A DNA stretch of 64,000 nucleotides from positions 62,001 to 126,000 of IMG/VR virus record IMGVR_UViG_3300033388_007730. The stretch is one strand, 5' to 3'. A program made the translations under genes and the position numbers. The notes beneath the pieces were generated by a model. The model searched no databases. It saw only the letters and a program-made list of their open reading frames with translations, and was not told where the DNA came from. Of this stretch, positions 35,667-46,499 are shown in pieces. Every line of letters starts with the position of its first letter. The first letter of the stretch is position 1.

Positions 35667-35810
35667 ATGATTAGAACTCAAATATATTTCACAAAAAGAC
35701 AAAAAAAGTTTTTCAGGAAAGAGGCTAAACGGCTTCAAACCACAGTATCTTCTTTAATTAGATCTGTTTTGGATAAGCATATGGATCAGGGGAATAAAAA
35801 TGAAAAATAA
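35667..35810 (+). CDS. CopG/RHH DNA-binding protein (absent from ORF track)
   Basis: MIRTQIYFTKRQKKFFRKEAKRLQTTVSSLIRSVLDKH. Confidence 0.7.
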   Translation: MIRTQIYFTKRQKKFFRKEAKRLQTTVSSLIRSVLDKHMDQGNKNEK

Positions 35811-36528
35811 AGAATGTAAAATTTGTGGTGTGGAAAAGTTATTAATAGATTTCTATTACCGTAAGGATAGTGGAAGATATAGGACAGAGTGTAAGGAATG
35901 TTACAATGAAAGAAATAAAAAACAGAAAAAAGAGTATAATGAGGAAAATAAAGAAAAAATTAAAGAATATCATGCACAATATTACATTGAAAACAAAGAG
36001 ATAATAAATAAGAAAAATAAAAAGTGGCAAAAAGATAATAAAAAGATAGTTAATGAAAATAAAAAAGAGTGGAGAAAAAATAATAAAGAAAAAGTAAAAC
36101 AATATTTGAAAAGATGGAAAGAAAATAATGAAGCATATTTTAAACGACCAGAATTTAAAGAAAAAGAAAGAATACGTAATTGCAAAAGAAGAGAAGATCC
36201 AATTTTTAGATTAAATCAAAATATATCAAGAAATATGAATCATTCTTTAAGAAACAATAATTTGAGTAAGAATGGAAGGAGTTGGGAATATTTAGTAGGA
36301 TATACAACACAAGATTTAAAAAAACACATTGAAAAACAATTCCAACCTGGAATGAGTTGGGATAATTACGGAGACTGGCACATCGATCACAGAATTCCCC
36401 GATCTTTTTTTGTATATACAAGTGTCAATGATGTAGAGTTTAAGTATTGTTGGGGTCTGGGCAATCTTCAGCCTCTTTGGGCGTTTGATAATTTAAGTAA
36501 AGCAGATAAAATTGAGAGGTATAAATAA
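35800..36528 (+). mobile_element. HNH homing endonuclease
   Basis: N-terminal CKIC..CKEC, K/E-rich helix, MSWDNYGDWHIDHRIP...NLQPLWAFDNLSK. Confidence 0.8.
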
Positions 36529-36529
36529 T

Positions 36530-38449
36530 ATGGTTACTATTGTGCATGTGATAGATAACGCTAGCATGGGAGGAGCGCAAACCATGATGTGTGAGTTATA
36601 CCTTGCTTTTCAAAGATATTATCCAGAATATGATCAGTCAGTATTAACATTAGCCAATCGTCCAACTGACAAACAACTAATTTCTTCTTATGGTGTCGAA
36701 TATCGAGAAATAAAACAATCCAACACTCTTATCGATAAAATAGCAATTTTCAAAAAGCCAGTGGTAATATTTCATAAATTAGCTTCTTCTAGACTTGATA
36801 TAGTACAGGGTCTTAAAAATAAAAGCATACCAGTAATTGTGTTAAATCATACTCTGTATAATTCCAGGAATTGGGCAAAAGCTGATGGAAGTTGTTGCAA
36901 TGCTATGGTCGCTGTTAGTAATCATATGGAAAAATGTGTTAGGAATTGGTTTCCTAGGATAAAAAGATATACTTATATTCATAATGGTGTAAATCAATTT
37001 AGGTACGAAGACATTAAGGGACAGAAAAGGGAAAAAGATACATTAGTTACTGGACGTATTAACCGAATTTGCGGCTGGAAACATTCTGAGCATTGGATTA
37101 ATTGGGTTAAAGATGTTAATTTGCCTATGAAGATGATTCATGATTATATGGGGGCAGGACTTAATCATCGTCCTGGAGCTAGAGGAAGAGAGAGAGTTAT
37201 TAATGGTAAAAAAAACATAGTAAGAATGATTGGAAATATTAGTGATTTTGATACAAAAGTGTCTATTATAAAAGGATGGGATTTATTTTTGTATGAGACT
37301 AATAGAGAAGAAGGGATAAGTATGGCTATTCTTGAAGCTCTTGCGTGTGGTGTCCCTGTTATTTGTAGTAATCATTTTGGCAACAAAGAGGTTATTGAAC
37401 AGGGTGTGAATGGATATATTTTTAGAGACAGAACAGAAGCAAAAAAGATATTAACCAGGTTGTGTAAGAATCCTGGAGGATTAGCTAAATTGAAAGAATC
37501 AACTAAAGATCATTTCTTAAGAAAATTAGATGCTAGGCATACCGCTAGCAGGTATATAAAAATAATAGATCAAATGTCTTTATCATCATTGAATAATAAT
37601 GTTTCTGAGTTATCTGTTGATACCAATGAAAAGGAAAAAAAAGAAGTGGTTGTTTTAAAGAATAGAGAAATTTCTAAAAAATTCACTATACTTAGTTCTT
37701 GTTTTAATAAAGGGAAATACTTTAATGATTGGGCTAATTCTATTTTAGAGCAAAAGTATAGACCTCTTGAGGTGGTAGTGGCTAATGATGCTTCTACTGA
37801 TAATAGTATGAAACTGTTGGAAGGGTTTGCTGATAAATTTAAATCTGAGGGAATAGAATATAGGTTAATAAATAATTTTGATAGATTGCATTGTGGATCA
37901 TCTTATAGAAATTTAGTTCAATATGTTACTGGTTCTTATGTTGGGGTACTTGACTCTGATGATATGTTGACTAATGATGCTGTGAAATATGTGATGGGAG
38001 TATATGATAGGAATCAAGATATAGATTGGATATATACCCAATTCGAGATATGTGATATGAATATGAAGACTAAGAGAAGGGGATTCTGTAATTATCCTAA
38101 GAATGGTGAATCATTGTTAGAGATGGGTGATAAGAGAATTCATGGATACGGTCATTGGAGAACATTTAGTCATAAAATAAAAAAACCTGCGAAATTATTC
38201 GGTAGGAGTTTAATATGTTCAGTTGATAAGCATATGGGATATAGATTAGAAGAGATGGGACCAGGATTATTTGTTGATAGAGTTTGTTATAGGTATAGGC
38301 AGCATCCAGTGGGATCGCCAGAATCTGTATCTTCTACTAAAAAAGCTATTGAAGTTTGGGCTAAAGTTAGGAAAGATGCTCATAAAAGAAGACATAAAAG
38401 TAAAAAGAAGGGCAACATATCATATTATTCAATTACTAAAGGAAAATAA
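36530..38449 (+). CDS. bifunctional glycosyltransferase, GT4 plus GT2
   Basis: MGGAQ, IHNGV, EGISMAILEALACGVPVI; second half ANDASTD, LDSDD. Confidence 0.85.
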   Translation: MVTIVHVIDNASMGGAQTMMCELYLAFQRYYPEYDQSVLTLANRPTDKQLISSYGVEYREIKQSNTLIDKIAIFKKPVVIFHKLASSRLDIVQGLKNKSIPVIVLNHTLYNSRNWAKADGSCCNAMVAVSNHMEKCVRNWFPRIKRYTYIHNGVNQFRYEDIKGQKREKDTLVTGRINRICGWKHSEHWINWVKDVNLPMKMIHDYMGAGLNHRPGARGRERVINGKKNIVRMIGNISDFDTKVSIIKGWDLFLYETNREEGISMAILEALACGVPVICSNHFGNKEVIEQGVNGYIFRDRTEAKKILTRLCKNPGGLAKLKESTKDHFLRKLDARHTASRYIKIIDQMSLSSLNNNVSELSVDTNEKEKKEVVVLKNREISKKFTILSSCFNKGKYFNDWANSILEQKYRPLEVVVANDASTDNSMKLLEGFADKFKSEGIEYRLINNFDRLHCGSSYRNLVQYVTGSYVGVLDSDDMLTNDAVKYVMGVYDRNQDIDWIYTQFEICDMNMKTKRRGFCNYPKNGESLLEMGDKRIHGYGHWRTFSHKIKKPAKLFGRSLICSVDKHMGYRLEEMGPGLFVDRVCYRYRQHPVGSPESVSSTKKAIEVWAKVRKDAHKRRHKSKKKGNISYYSITKGK

Positions 38450-39129
38450 TGAAAAATATTAATGATATTTTTTTCTTTGTTCAAGCTAGAATGGGATCTA
38501 CCAGAGTTCCTGGTAAGATGTTAAGACCATTTGCTGGAACTACTCTTATGGATATTATAGTTGAAAAGATTTTAAAATCAAAAGTAATTCCAAAAGATAA
38601 TTTCTATTTATCAGTATATGAATCTGAGTTGAAAGAGATCGGAAAGAAGTATGGAGTTAATGTTTTTGATAGGAGTTATAAATCTGCTTATGCCGAAGGA
38701 GTATTGACAGATATATATGAGTGGCACGATAAAGTTGATTATAAATATGCTATAAAAATAAATGGTTGCTCTCCATTTTTATCGATAGAGACTATAGATA
38801 GGTTTGTTAAAAAATATGTTGAAATGGATGGAGATGGTCTATTTGGTGTTATAAAGAAGAATAATTATTTTTGGAACAAAAATCATAAATTAGTAACACC
38901 ATGGCCAGAGGGATATCAATTTATGAATACCAAGATGGTAGAAGAAACATTTGAAGCAGCACATTGCTTATACGGTGGTAGAACAGATATTATTAAGGAT
39001 GGCATATGGATGGGAGATTTTCAAAAGGCAGGTAGTATAGAACTTTTTGAGATGAGTGAAGAAGAAGTTCTTGATATAGATGAAGAATGGCAATTTAAGC
39101 TTTATGAAATTTTGTACAAGGGGATTTAA
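38449..39129 (+). CDS. second nonulosonate cytidylyltransferase (NeuA/PseF/SpsF-like)
   Basis: QARMGSTRVPGKMLRPF, CSPFL, LDIDEEWQF. Confidence 0.82.
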   Translation: MKNINDIFFFVQARMGSTRVPGKMLRPFAGTTLMDIIVEKILKSKVIPKDNFYLSVYESELKEIGKKYGVNVFDRSYKSAYAEGVLTDIYEWHDKVDYKYAIKINGCSPFLSIETIDRFVKKYVEMDGDGLFGVIKKNNYFWNKNHKLVTPWPEGYQFMNTKMVEETFEAAHCLYGGRTDIIKDGIWMGDFQKAGSIELFEMSEEEVLDIDEEWQFKLYEILYKGI

Positions 39130-39131
39130 TT

Positions 39132-40598
39132 ATGTTTTACATATTTGAAATGGCTAATAATCATATGGGGAGTGTTTTTCATGGAAAATTAATAATTGAT
39201 AGATTTTCTGAAATAGCGAGAAGATATGACATAGATGCTGGAATGAAATTTCAGTTCAGACAACTTGACACATTTATTCATAGAGATTTCATAGATTCTG
39301 ATTTAAAATATGTTAAAAGATTTAAAGAAACAGAGTTATCTAAAGACCAATTTAGAGAATTGATTGATTATTCTAAAGAAAAGGGATTAAAAACTGTTGC
39401 CACTCCATTTGACAATGAATCTATTTCTTGGTTAGAAGATTTGGATGTGGAGATAGTTAAGATAGCAAGTTGCTCTGTTGATGATTGGCTATTATTGAAA
39501 GATGTATGTGAGATAAATAAAAAAATTATAATATCTACTGGAGGAGCAGAAATGGATACGCTTCATAAGGTTTATAATATTTTTAAGAGTAGAGATAGAG
39601 ATTTTGCTTTTATGCATTGTGTTGGAGAATATCCCACTAAGTACAAACACGCTAATCTAAACAGGATTAATATATTGAGACAAGAATTTCCTGATATTCA
39701 AATAGGATTTTCTACTCATGAGGTGAATGGATGGGGCAAATTATCATTAGTTCCATATGCTATTGCTATGGGATGTTCTATAGTGGAGAAACATGTCGGA
39801 GTTGTATATAATGATATTAAGTTGAATGATTATTCTTGCTCTCCTAGAGATATGGAAACAATTTTACATAAGGTAAAGGCATATAATAATTGTTGCAACA
39901 CACCATCTGATACAGAAAAAGATACTCTTAATAAATTGAAGAGAGGAATATATGCAAAACGAGATTTGAAGTTTGGAGAGGTAATTAGTAAGAATGATAT
40001 TTATCTAGCTATGCCAGTAGCTGACGGTCAAATGGATGGATCTATGTTGCATGACTGTATTGGCAAATATTTGTTAAATGATGTTAATAAAGATTTTGAA
40101 ATAAGAATAGAAGATTGTGATTTTGATTCTAATAATGATATTATTTCGAAGATTAAAATGAAAGCTTTAGATATATTAGATCAAGCCAACATATCAGTAT
40201 CTAGAGATGATGATATAGAGATATCTTGTCACTATGGCATAGATAATTTTTTTAAAGCTGGCGTTTTGATAATGTCGAGAATAAATAGAGAATATTGTAA
40301 AAAAATATTAATTGTTTTTGATGGTCAAAATCATCCTACTCATAAGCATTTTAAAAAAGAAGAATCGTTTGAGTTGTTATATGGAGATTGTAAATTGATA
40401 GTTTCTGGTATATGTCATCAGATGGTAAAGGGAGAGTCAATTTTGATACCTAGAAATGCAGAACATTCTTTTTCTAGTGAAGATGGTTGTGTGATAGAGG
40501 AAGTATCGACAACGCATTATGTTGGTGATTCTATTTATAATGACTTTAATATAAACAAATTAGACATTTCAGAAAGAAAAATAAATATTAATTTTTAG
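39132..40598 (+). CDS. NeuB-family synthase with SAF domain fused to a C-terminal cupin
   Basis: IFEMANNHMG, KFQFR, KIASCS, MHCVGEYPT, GFSTHE, VEKHV; cupin HPTHKHFKKEESF...HSF..EEVST. Confidence 0.85.
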   Translation: MFYIFEMANNHMGSVFHGKLIIDRFSEIARRYDIDAGMKFQFRQLDTFIHRDFIDSDLKYVKRFKETELSKDQFRELIDYSKEKGLKTVATPFDNESISWLEDLDVEIVKIASCSVDDWLLLKDVCEINKKIIISTGGAEMDTLHKVYNIFKSRDRDFAFMHCVGEYPTKYKHANLNRINILRQEFPDIQIGFSTHEVNGWGKLSLVPYAIAMGCSIVEKHVGVVYNDIKLNDYSCSPRDMETILHKVKAYNNCCNTPSDTEKDTLNKLKRGIYAKRDLKFGEVISKNDIYLAMPVADGQMDGSMLHDCIGKYLLNDVNKDFEIRIEDCDFDSNNDIISKIKMKALDILDQANISVSRDDDIEISCHYGIDNFFKAGVLIMSRINREYCKKILIVFDGQNHPTHKHFKKEESFELLYGDCKLIVSGICHQMVKGESILIPRNAEHSFSSEDGCVIEEVSTTHYVGDSIYNDFNINKLDISERKININF

Positions 40599-40605
40599 GT
40601 AAAAG

Positions 40606-41493
40606 ATGGCTCATAAAATTTCATATCAACCAGGCAGTGTTCCTTTGAACAGAGTATGTTATGATTACAGAGACGACATAGCTTTTAGAATTTATGTTAT
40701 GATGAGTAATGATTGGGATTCTATGAAAAAGTGGAAAAGGTTGAAGCATAGTAGAAAATCAGAAAGACATGGAAGTTACAAGCCTAAATATCTCCAAGAT
40801 TTGCTTCAATTAGTTAAAGACACTCCTGTAGGGGATACTAAATTTGCTTGGAAAAAAGTTCCTAAAAAAGGTAAAATTTTAGATAGGGTTCATTTTGCAT
40901 TTGATAAAAAAACTGATATATATTATCCCGCTGGTGGAGGTAGTAGAGTAGCTATTGCATATTTTTTATGTCATTCTCATGTGCCAGCTTTATTGGTTTC
41001 GACTAAGGAAGGCTCGGCATGGGCAAAAAATTTTGGAGTAGGAACAAGGCATTTTAATGGTATGCCAGATGATATTATTAAAAAAATGTTGTTTAGAAGA
41101 GAAATTAATAATTTGTTTGTTGATGGTATATTGAAGAAAAAAATTAGCAGTGAGTTTCTTTACAAAATTCCAGATCTAGGATTTAGGGGTAAATTTGATG
41201 TAAATAACTTATTAAATGACAAAGAGTTATTAACCCAAATAAGAGGGAAAGAAGTACTTAATACAATACAGGATAATGGTTATTTAGAGGTCAGTATTTC
41301 CGAATACTGTTCATCTGTAACGACTGTAGGCGAATCTTCTCATAGAATTAAAATATCTAATAAGATATCTAACTATTATAAGAAGAGCAATATCAAACAT
41401 ATTAAAAATGTTCTATCATATTCAGAATATGATGTTATTTTGTCTAAAGGTAAAAATGGAAAAGTGTCATTAGATAATTGTAAAAAGGTTTAG
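40606..41493 (+). CDS. hypothetical protein with ParB/Srx-like motif
   Basis: AGGGSRVAIAYFL..HVPALLV. Confidence 0.4.
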   Translation: MAHKISYQPGSVPLNRVCYDYRDDIAFRIYVMMSNDWDSMKKWKRLKHSRKSERHGSYKPKYLQDLLQLVKDTPVGDTKFAWKKVPKKGKILDRVHFAFDKKTDIYYPAGGGSRVAIAYFLCHSHVPALLVSTKEGSAWAKNFGVGTRHFNGMPDDIIKKMLFRREINNLFVDGILKKKISSEFLYKIPDLGFRGKFDVNNLLNDKELLTQIRGKEVLNTIQDNGYLEVSISEYCSSVTTVGESSHRIKISNKISNYYKKSNIKHIKNVLSYSEYDVILSKGKNGKVSLDNCKKV

Positions 41494-41494
41494 G

Positions 41495-42256
41495 ATGAAT
41501 AATAAATTTACAATTTTAACAGCATCATCTAATAAGTATTTATATTTAAAAGACTGGATGGATTCTATTATTGCTCAAAAATATAGACCTTTAGAAGTTG
41601 TTATGGTGGATGATTGCTCTAGTGATGAAACTAAAAAATTCGTAAAAAGATTGAGAAAAAGATTTAAAGAAAATGATATAGAGTTTAAGTATTTGAGAAA
41701 TAATAATAGATTGCATTGTAGTAGCTCTTATAAAGTTGCTATAAAAAATGCGACAGGTGATTTTATGGGGGTATTAGATGCAGATGATATTTTAGTTAAT
41801 GATGCAGTAGAATATATTATGAGCAAATATAATGATCACGAAGATATAGCTTGGATATATACTCAGTTCGCAATTTATAATGTCAATATGAGGTATATAA
41901 AAGATGGGTGGTGCAGGATGCCAACAAAATGGGGATCTATGCTGGCTTCTGGAGAAAGAAGAAAAAGTATTTATTCTCATTGGAGGACTTTCTCGAAAAG
42001 ATGTAATGATTTAAATAATGTATTGCCTGAAGGACTCAAGTGTGCTGTTGATAAATACATGGGGTATAAATTAGAAGAACTTGGTAAAGGAATGTTTATT
42101 AACAGAGTATGTTACAAGTATAGGCAGGGTGTAAAGAGGGGCATAGTTTCAAAAGAAAGTACAAAAGCAACATGGAAGAAATTAGTTCAAGAGCTAGTTA
42201 TAGAGAGAAAAAAGAATGGTATAAAACCATATCCTATTATAGAAGGAGAAGCATGA
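41495..42256 (+). CDS. GT2 glycosyltransferase, paralog of the C-half of 36530
   Basis: QKYRPLEVV, VDDCSSD, LDADD, WIYTQF, HWRTFS. Confidence 0.85.
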   Translation: MNNKFTILTASSNKYLYLKDWMDSIIAQKYRPLEVVMVDDCSSDETKKFVKRLRKRFKENDIEFKYLRNNNRLHCSSSYKVAIKNATGDFMGVLDADDILVNDAVEYIMSKYNDHEDIAWIYTQFAIYNVNMRYIKDGWCRMPTKWGSMLASGERRKSIYSHWRTFSKRCNDLNNVLPEGLKCAVDKYMGYKLEELGKGMFINRVCYKYRQGVKRGIVSKESTKATWKKLVQELVIERKKNGIKPYPIIEGEA

Positions 42257-42933
42257 TGGAAAGAACAAAAAAACAATGGCATAGATATTTTGTTGAAGAA
42301 ATTTCTAATATAGTTGCTAGTCATGTTGATAAGGATAAAGATGTTTTTGTTGAATGTGGAGTTAAGCAGGGATCTTCTTCTGTTAGAATGGGAGTAAGGC
42401 TTGGTATAAGTGGATATTTATTTGATACTTGGCATGGTTTTCCGAATTTCTCTGATTTAGATGTTCATCATGATAAAGATAGGAAACGAATGGAGATGAG
42501 AATAAGAAACTCTAATAGTACTTATAGAGATTGTGTCAATGCTTTAAAGAAGCATGGATTATTTGAAATTTGTAGCATGGTTGAGGGTGATATTCTAAAA
42601 ACAGTCCCATCATTTATGGAGGATATTACAAATGATTTGTCTATTGCTATGATGCATATAGATACTGATTTGTATGAGCCTGCTAAGGTTTCTTTAGAAT
42701 CATTTTGGCCGCACGTTAAAGAAGGTGGAGTAGTTTATTTTCATGATTATGGAGATAAAAAATGGAGAGGTATTAAAAAGGTTGTCGATGATTTAGTAGA
42801 TAATGATGATGATTTATTATTTCATGTTTTTGATAAAAATAAATTATTTTCAGCAGTTATCATAAAAAACAGTAGTGTAATAAGCGAATCTATACTGCAT
42901 AGCATTGCTGAATTAGATACTAGAGTTAGATGA
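42253..42933 (+). CDS. TylF/MycF-type sugar O-methyltransferase
   Basis: VECGVKQGSS, FDTWHGFP, HIDTDLYEP, FHDYG. Confidence 0.85.
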   Translation: MMERTKKQWHRYFVEEISNIVASHVDKDKDVFVECGVKQGSSSVRMGVRLGISGYLFDTWHGFPNFSDLDVHHDKDRKRMEMRIRNSNSTYRDCVNALKKHGLFEICSMVEGDILKTVPSFMEDITNDLSIAMMHIDTDLYEPAKVSLESFWPHVKEGGVVYFHDYGDKKWRGIKKVVDDLVDNDDDLLFHVFDKNKLFSAVIIKNSSVISESILHSIAELDTRVR

Positions 42934-43736
42934 ATAGAAAAAAGATAGTGAAGAAGTTAAGAGGGCAGGAAGTTTTTATTATAACTCATATTCCCAAAAC
43001 TAGTGGGAGTTCTATAGGTCACATATTAAGGGAGTAGAAGTCTAATGTTTTCTGGCCGCACTATGAGAAGACAGATGATGCTCCTAAATATATATCAGGT
43101 CATATATGTTATGGCATTCATAAGTTATGGGGGCTTGATGAGAAAAAGGTAAAATATTTGGTTATCTTAAGAGATCCAATAAGAAGATGGAAGTCAATTT
43201 TTAATTATTCTTTAATGAGATATCATGAAGGAGCTATTCGAAAAGGTGTCCCTATTGAAACGTTTTATAATGATTGCGATGGTAATTTGGAGCGATTTTT
43301 AGATCGATGTATTAAACATGGTGTTAATCAAAATGTTATGACTAAAATTGTGTCAGGAGAAGAGGACGTTAATAATATAGAAGGTTATGAAAAGCACTAT
43401 AAGAAAAAAGGAAGATTGTATTTTAGCCAGGTTTCACAGACAGCATGGGGAGATAGATATGATTCTATATCTGATGATAAAATGGATATCATGTTGAATG
43501 TGGCTAAATCTAATTTGTTAGATAAGTATTATTTTGTTGGTTTTGTGGAAGATGAAAATAATCAGCAAAAAATGTGTGATGCATTAAAGTTGAAATTTAA
43601 TGGCAAAAACCTTGTCAAAAGAAAGTCATTGCAAAGAAAAGGGATTGATTGGGAAAATAGCAATATACACGACATGTTAGTTGAGTTGAATAAATATGAT
43701 ATTAAATTATATAATTTTGCAAAAGGATCACTATGA
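42930..43736 (+). pseudogene. sulfotransferase family protein with in-frame TAG at 43035
   Basis: PAPS-binding HIPKTSGSS upstream of the stop is in frame with SGH, LRDPIRRWKS and LNKYDIKLY. Confidence 0.75.
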
Positions 43737-44677
43737 AATTATTAATAGTAATGAGAAAATTTAGTGGTGGTCCTAAGGTATTTAGAAAAAGACTTTCTGA
43801 TGTTTTAGAAAAAAGAGCAAAAGAAATTGGTATAGAGATAGTTCATGATCCTAATGGGAAATTTGATGCAGAGTTAGTTTTTGTGAGAAATTTAACACAA
43901 CATAAAAAGCCTACTATTTTAAGAGTAGATGGTTGTTATCTAGGAGGTGGCTATGAGGGTAAGAATCTTCTCTACAAAGAGTCAGCTAAAAAATCTAAAT
44001 TTATAATTTATCAATCAGAATTCTCTCGAATAATGTGCGAAAGTATCTGGGGAATTAAGAAACAAAGTACAGTTATCAGTAATGGTATTAGTTTTGATAA
44101 AATAAGACACATAGAGAAGGATGCTACTGTTCCAGAAGGATCTTTTGTTGCTTCAGCGATATGGAGGAAAAATAAAAGACCTGTTTCTATGATTCAAGGT
44201 TTTATAGATGCTGGGATAAAAAATCATTTTTATGTTATAGGTGATACGTGGGGGATACCTGATAAATTTTTAAGCAGATTTAAAAAGCATAAAAATATTC
44301 ATTTTCTTGGTTTTTGTGATTTTGAAAGATTGATATCTATTTTTAAAGCATGTGATTATCAATTACATCTTTCTCAAATAGAATCTTGTCCTAATGCAGT
44401 TATTGAGGGTTTAGCATGTGGTCTCAAAATTTTATATAGTAATTTACAGGGGACTAAAGAAATAGTACCTCCTGGTAGTGGTATAAAAATTAAAACAGAT
44501 AAATGGGATTTTAACCCAATAAGTCTTAGTCAGCATGATAGAATAAAACCAGAGTTAGTAGCCGATGGTATTCATAGATTAATGGCGTTAAAAGGAGAGA
44601 GAAAAATGTATCCTCCAGAAATTGATATTAATTTAGTTGTAGATAAATATATAAAGGTAATAAAAGAACATGCCTAA
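43733..44677 (+). CDS. GT4 glycosyltransferase
   Basis: GGPKVF, LRVDG, YQSEFS, ESCPNAVIEGLACG. Confidence 0.82.
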   Translation: MKLLIVMRKFSGGPKVFRKRLSDVLEKRAKEIGIEIVHDPNGKFDAELVFVRNLTQHKKPTILRVDGCYLGGGYEGKNLLYKESAKKSKFIIYQSEFSRIMCESIWGIKKQSTVISNGISFDKIRHIEKDATVPEGSFVASAIWRKNKRPVSMIQGFIDAGIKNHFYVIGDTWGIPDKFLSRFKKHKNIHFLGFCDFERLISIFKACDYQLHLSQIESCPNAVIEGLACGLKILYSNLQGTKEIVPPGSGIKIKTDKWDFNPISLSQHDRIKPELVADGIHRLMALKGERKMYPPEIDINLVVDKYIKVIKEHA

Positions 44678-45401
44678 GGTATCGGTAATAACAACTTTAT
44701 ATAATTATAAGGACTATATAGTAGACTGTATCGAATCATTTCTCAATCAAAATTTTAAAGATTCAGAGATGATTATAGTTGATGACGCTTCAAATGATAA
44801 TCCTTATGAAGTTATAAAGAAATATTTATCTGATAGAGTTAAGTATATTAAACTTAATAAAAACATGGGGTATTCTCATGCTAAGAATGTTGGCATTAAA
44901 GCGGCAAGTTCAGATATTTTAGTAATGTTAGATGCTGATGATATGACTACAGAGAATGGTATATTATTAAGATATGAGAAGTTAAAAGAAGGTTTTGATT
45001 TTGTTCATGGTCCTGTTTTAGATTTTACAGTTAAGAGCGGAGAGATGAGAACGAAAGAATCTCGATTATGGGCAAAGTGGAAAAAGAGCAAGAAAGATGT
45101 TTCTTGTTATAAATTAATTCATGCTCAAAGTGTGATGTTGAGGAAAGATATACATAAGAAGATTGGTTTATATGATGAGTCTTTGAGAAGTAAGAGTGAT
45201 AGAGAGATGTGGGCAAGAATTTTAAATCATGGTTATAAAACGTCTTATGTGGAAGACTATGTAGGTCTATATAGAAGACATAGCAAACAAATGCATAGAT
45301 CTCCTGAAAAATTAAAAATTAATAATAAATTACAAAAGATAGTTTTATCTTTAATAGAGAAAAGAAAGAAAGATCTTACAGGTCTTATTATGTTAAAATA
45401 G
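44670..45401 (+). CDS. GT2 glycosyltransferase
   Basis: VSVITTLYNY, VDDASND, AKNVG, LDADD, DREMW. Confidence 0.88.
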   Translation: MPKVSVITTLYNYKDYIVDCIESFLNQNFKDSEMIIVDDASNDNPYEVIKKYLSDRVKYIKLNKNMGYSHAKNVGIKAASSDILVMLDADDMTTENGILLRYEKLKEGFDFVHGPVLDFTVKSGEMRTKESRLWAKWKKSKKDVSCYKLIHAQSVMLRKDIHKKIGLYDESLRSKSDREMWARILNHGYKTSYVEDYVGLYRRHSKQMHRSPEKLKINNKLQKIVLSLIEKRKKDLTGLIMLK

Positions 45402-45410
45402 GATTTTATT

Positions 45411-45761
45411 ATGGACAAGCAAGGAAAAATCTGGGGTTTTACTTCGACAATATTTAGTAAGAATAATGTCGAAGTTCATCGAATAGAGGGTAATGCTAAT
45501 AGTCATTGCTCTAAGCATAAGCATGAGCATAAGTATAATATGTTTTTTGTTGAAAGTGGGATGATGATTATTAGGAGATGGAAGAATGATTATGATCTTG
45601 TTGATACTACTGTTTTAAATGCTGGTCAATCATGTGTAGTTCCTCCAGGAGAATTTCATCAATTTTTAGTTCAAAATAATTGTGTTGCTTATGAATTTTA
45701 TTGGGTTGAAATAAGTTCAAAAGACATTGTTAGAGAAAGTGTGGGTGGCGTAGATGAGTAA
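45411..45761 (+). CDS. cupin (sugar-isomerase-like)
   Basis: GKIWG, CSKHKHEHKYNMFFVESG, PGEFHQF. Confidence 0.75.
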   Translation: MDKQGKIWGFTSTIFSKNNVEVHRIEGNANSHCSKHKHEHKYNMFFVESGMMIIRRWKNDYDLVDTTVLNAGQSCVVPPGEFHQFLVQNNCVAYEFYWVEISSKDIVRESVGGVDE

Positions 45762-46495
45762 AAAAGTTGTTTTAGTTCAAACTTCAGCATTTTTTTTTGA
45801 AGTAGTTCCAATGTTTTATAAAGAGGCAAAAAAGTTGGGATTTTTTGATAAGTTTTATGTAGTCAGTGATTATGATGGAGACATTTCTTTTGCGGGAGAT
45901 GATTTTCAATTGATAAAATTGAAAAAGATTTGCAGTTTGCTTCCAATATAGCATATGCATTAGATTTTGTGGAGGAGGACATATTAACTTTGTGTTGTGA
46001 AGATAGTATATTGAATGATAAAAATGATTTAAATAGATGGAATGACTATTTCGATTATTTTTTATCTCATCCTGATATGGGTTTTTTGAGACTATCCAAT
46101 ACTAAAAAGAAAGTTATGGTTCAAGAAGGTAATAAATATGAAGATATCTTTCCAATATCTACTAGATATAGATATCATATATCTTTGCAGGTAGCTTTTT
46201 GGAGAAAAGAATATTTAAAGATAGCTTTAAGTCCAGGAAATGATGCGGCAGATTTTGAAAGAAGGGGTGCTAAATTAACTAGAAGAGCTTTAGGGATGGT
46301 AGAACTTCCATGAGATCTTATAGCGTTAAGGACTGTGTTGCTCGCAGAACTAATTTTTATAAAGATGGCAGATATTATCGTGGTCAGTTTGTAGATTATG
46401 CTTTACGAAATAACATGGAATTTAATAAAAATAAAAAAATAAAAACTAGGAGTGGTGTTCTATCATTAGAAGAATATCTAAAAAGCAAAGGGTAA
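45754..46495 (+). pseudogene. GT-A-like protein broken by two apparent 1-nt deletions
   Basis: ORFs 45754, 45930 and 46310 join at A5 (45922-45926) and CC (46308-46309) into one GT-A-like frame with CCEDS and ISLQVAFWRKEYL. Confidence 0.55.
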
Positions 46496-46499
46496 GTTA

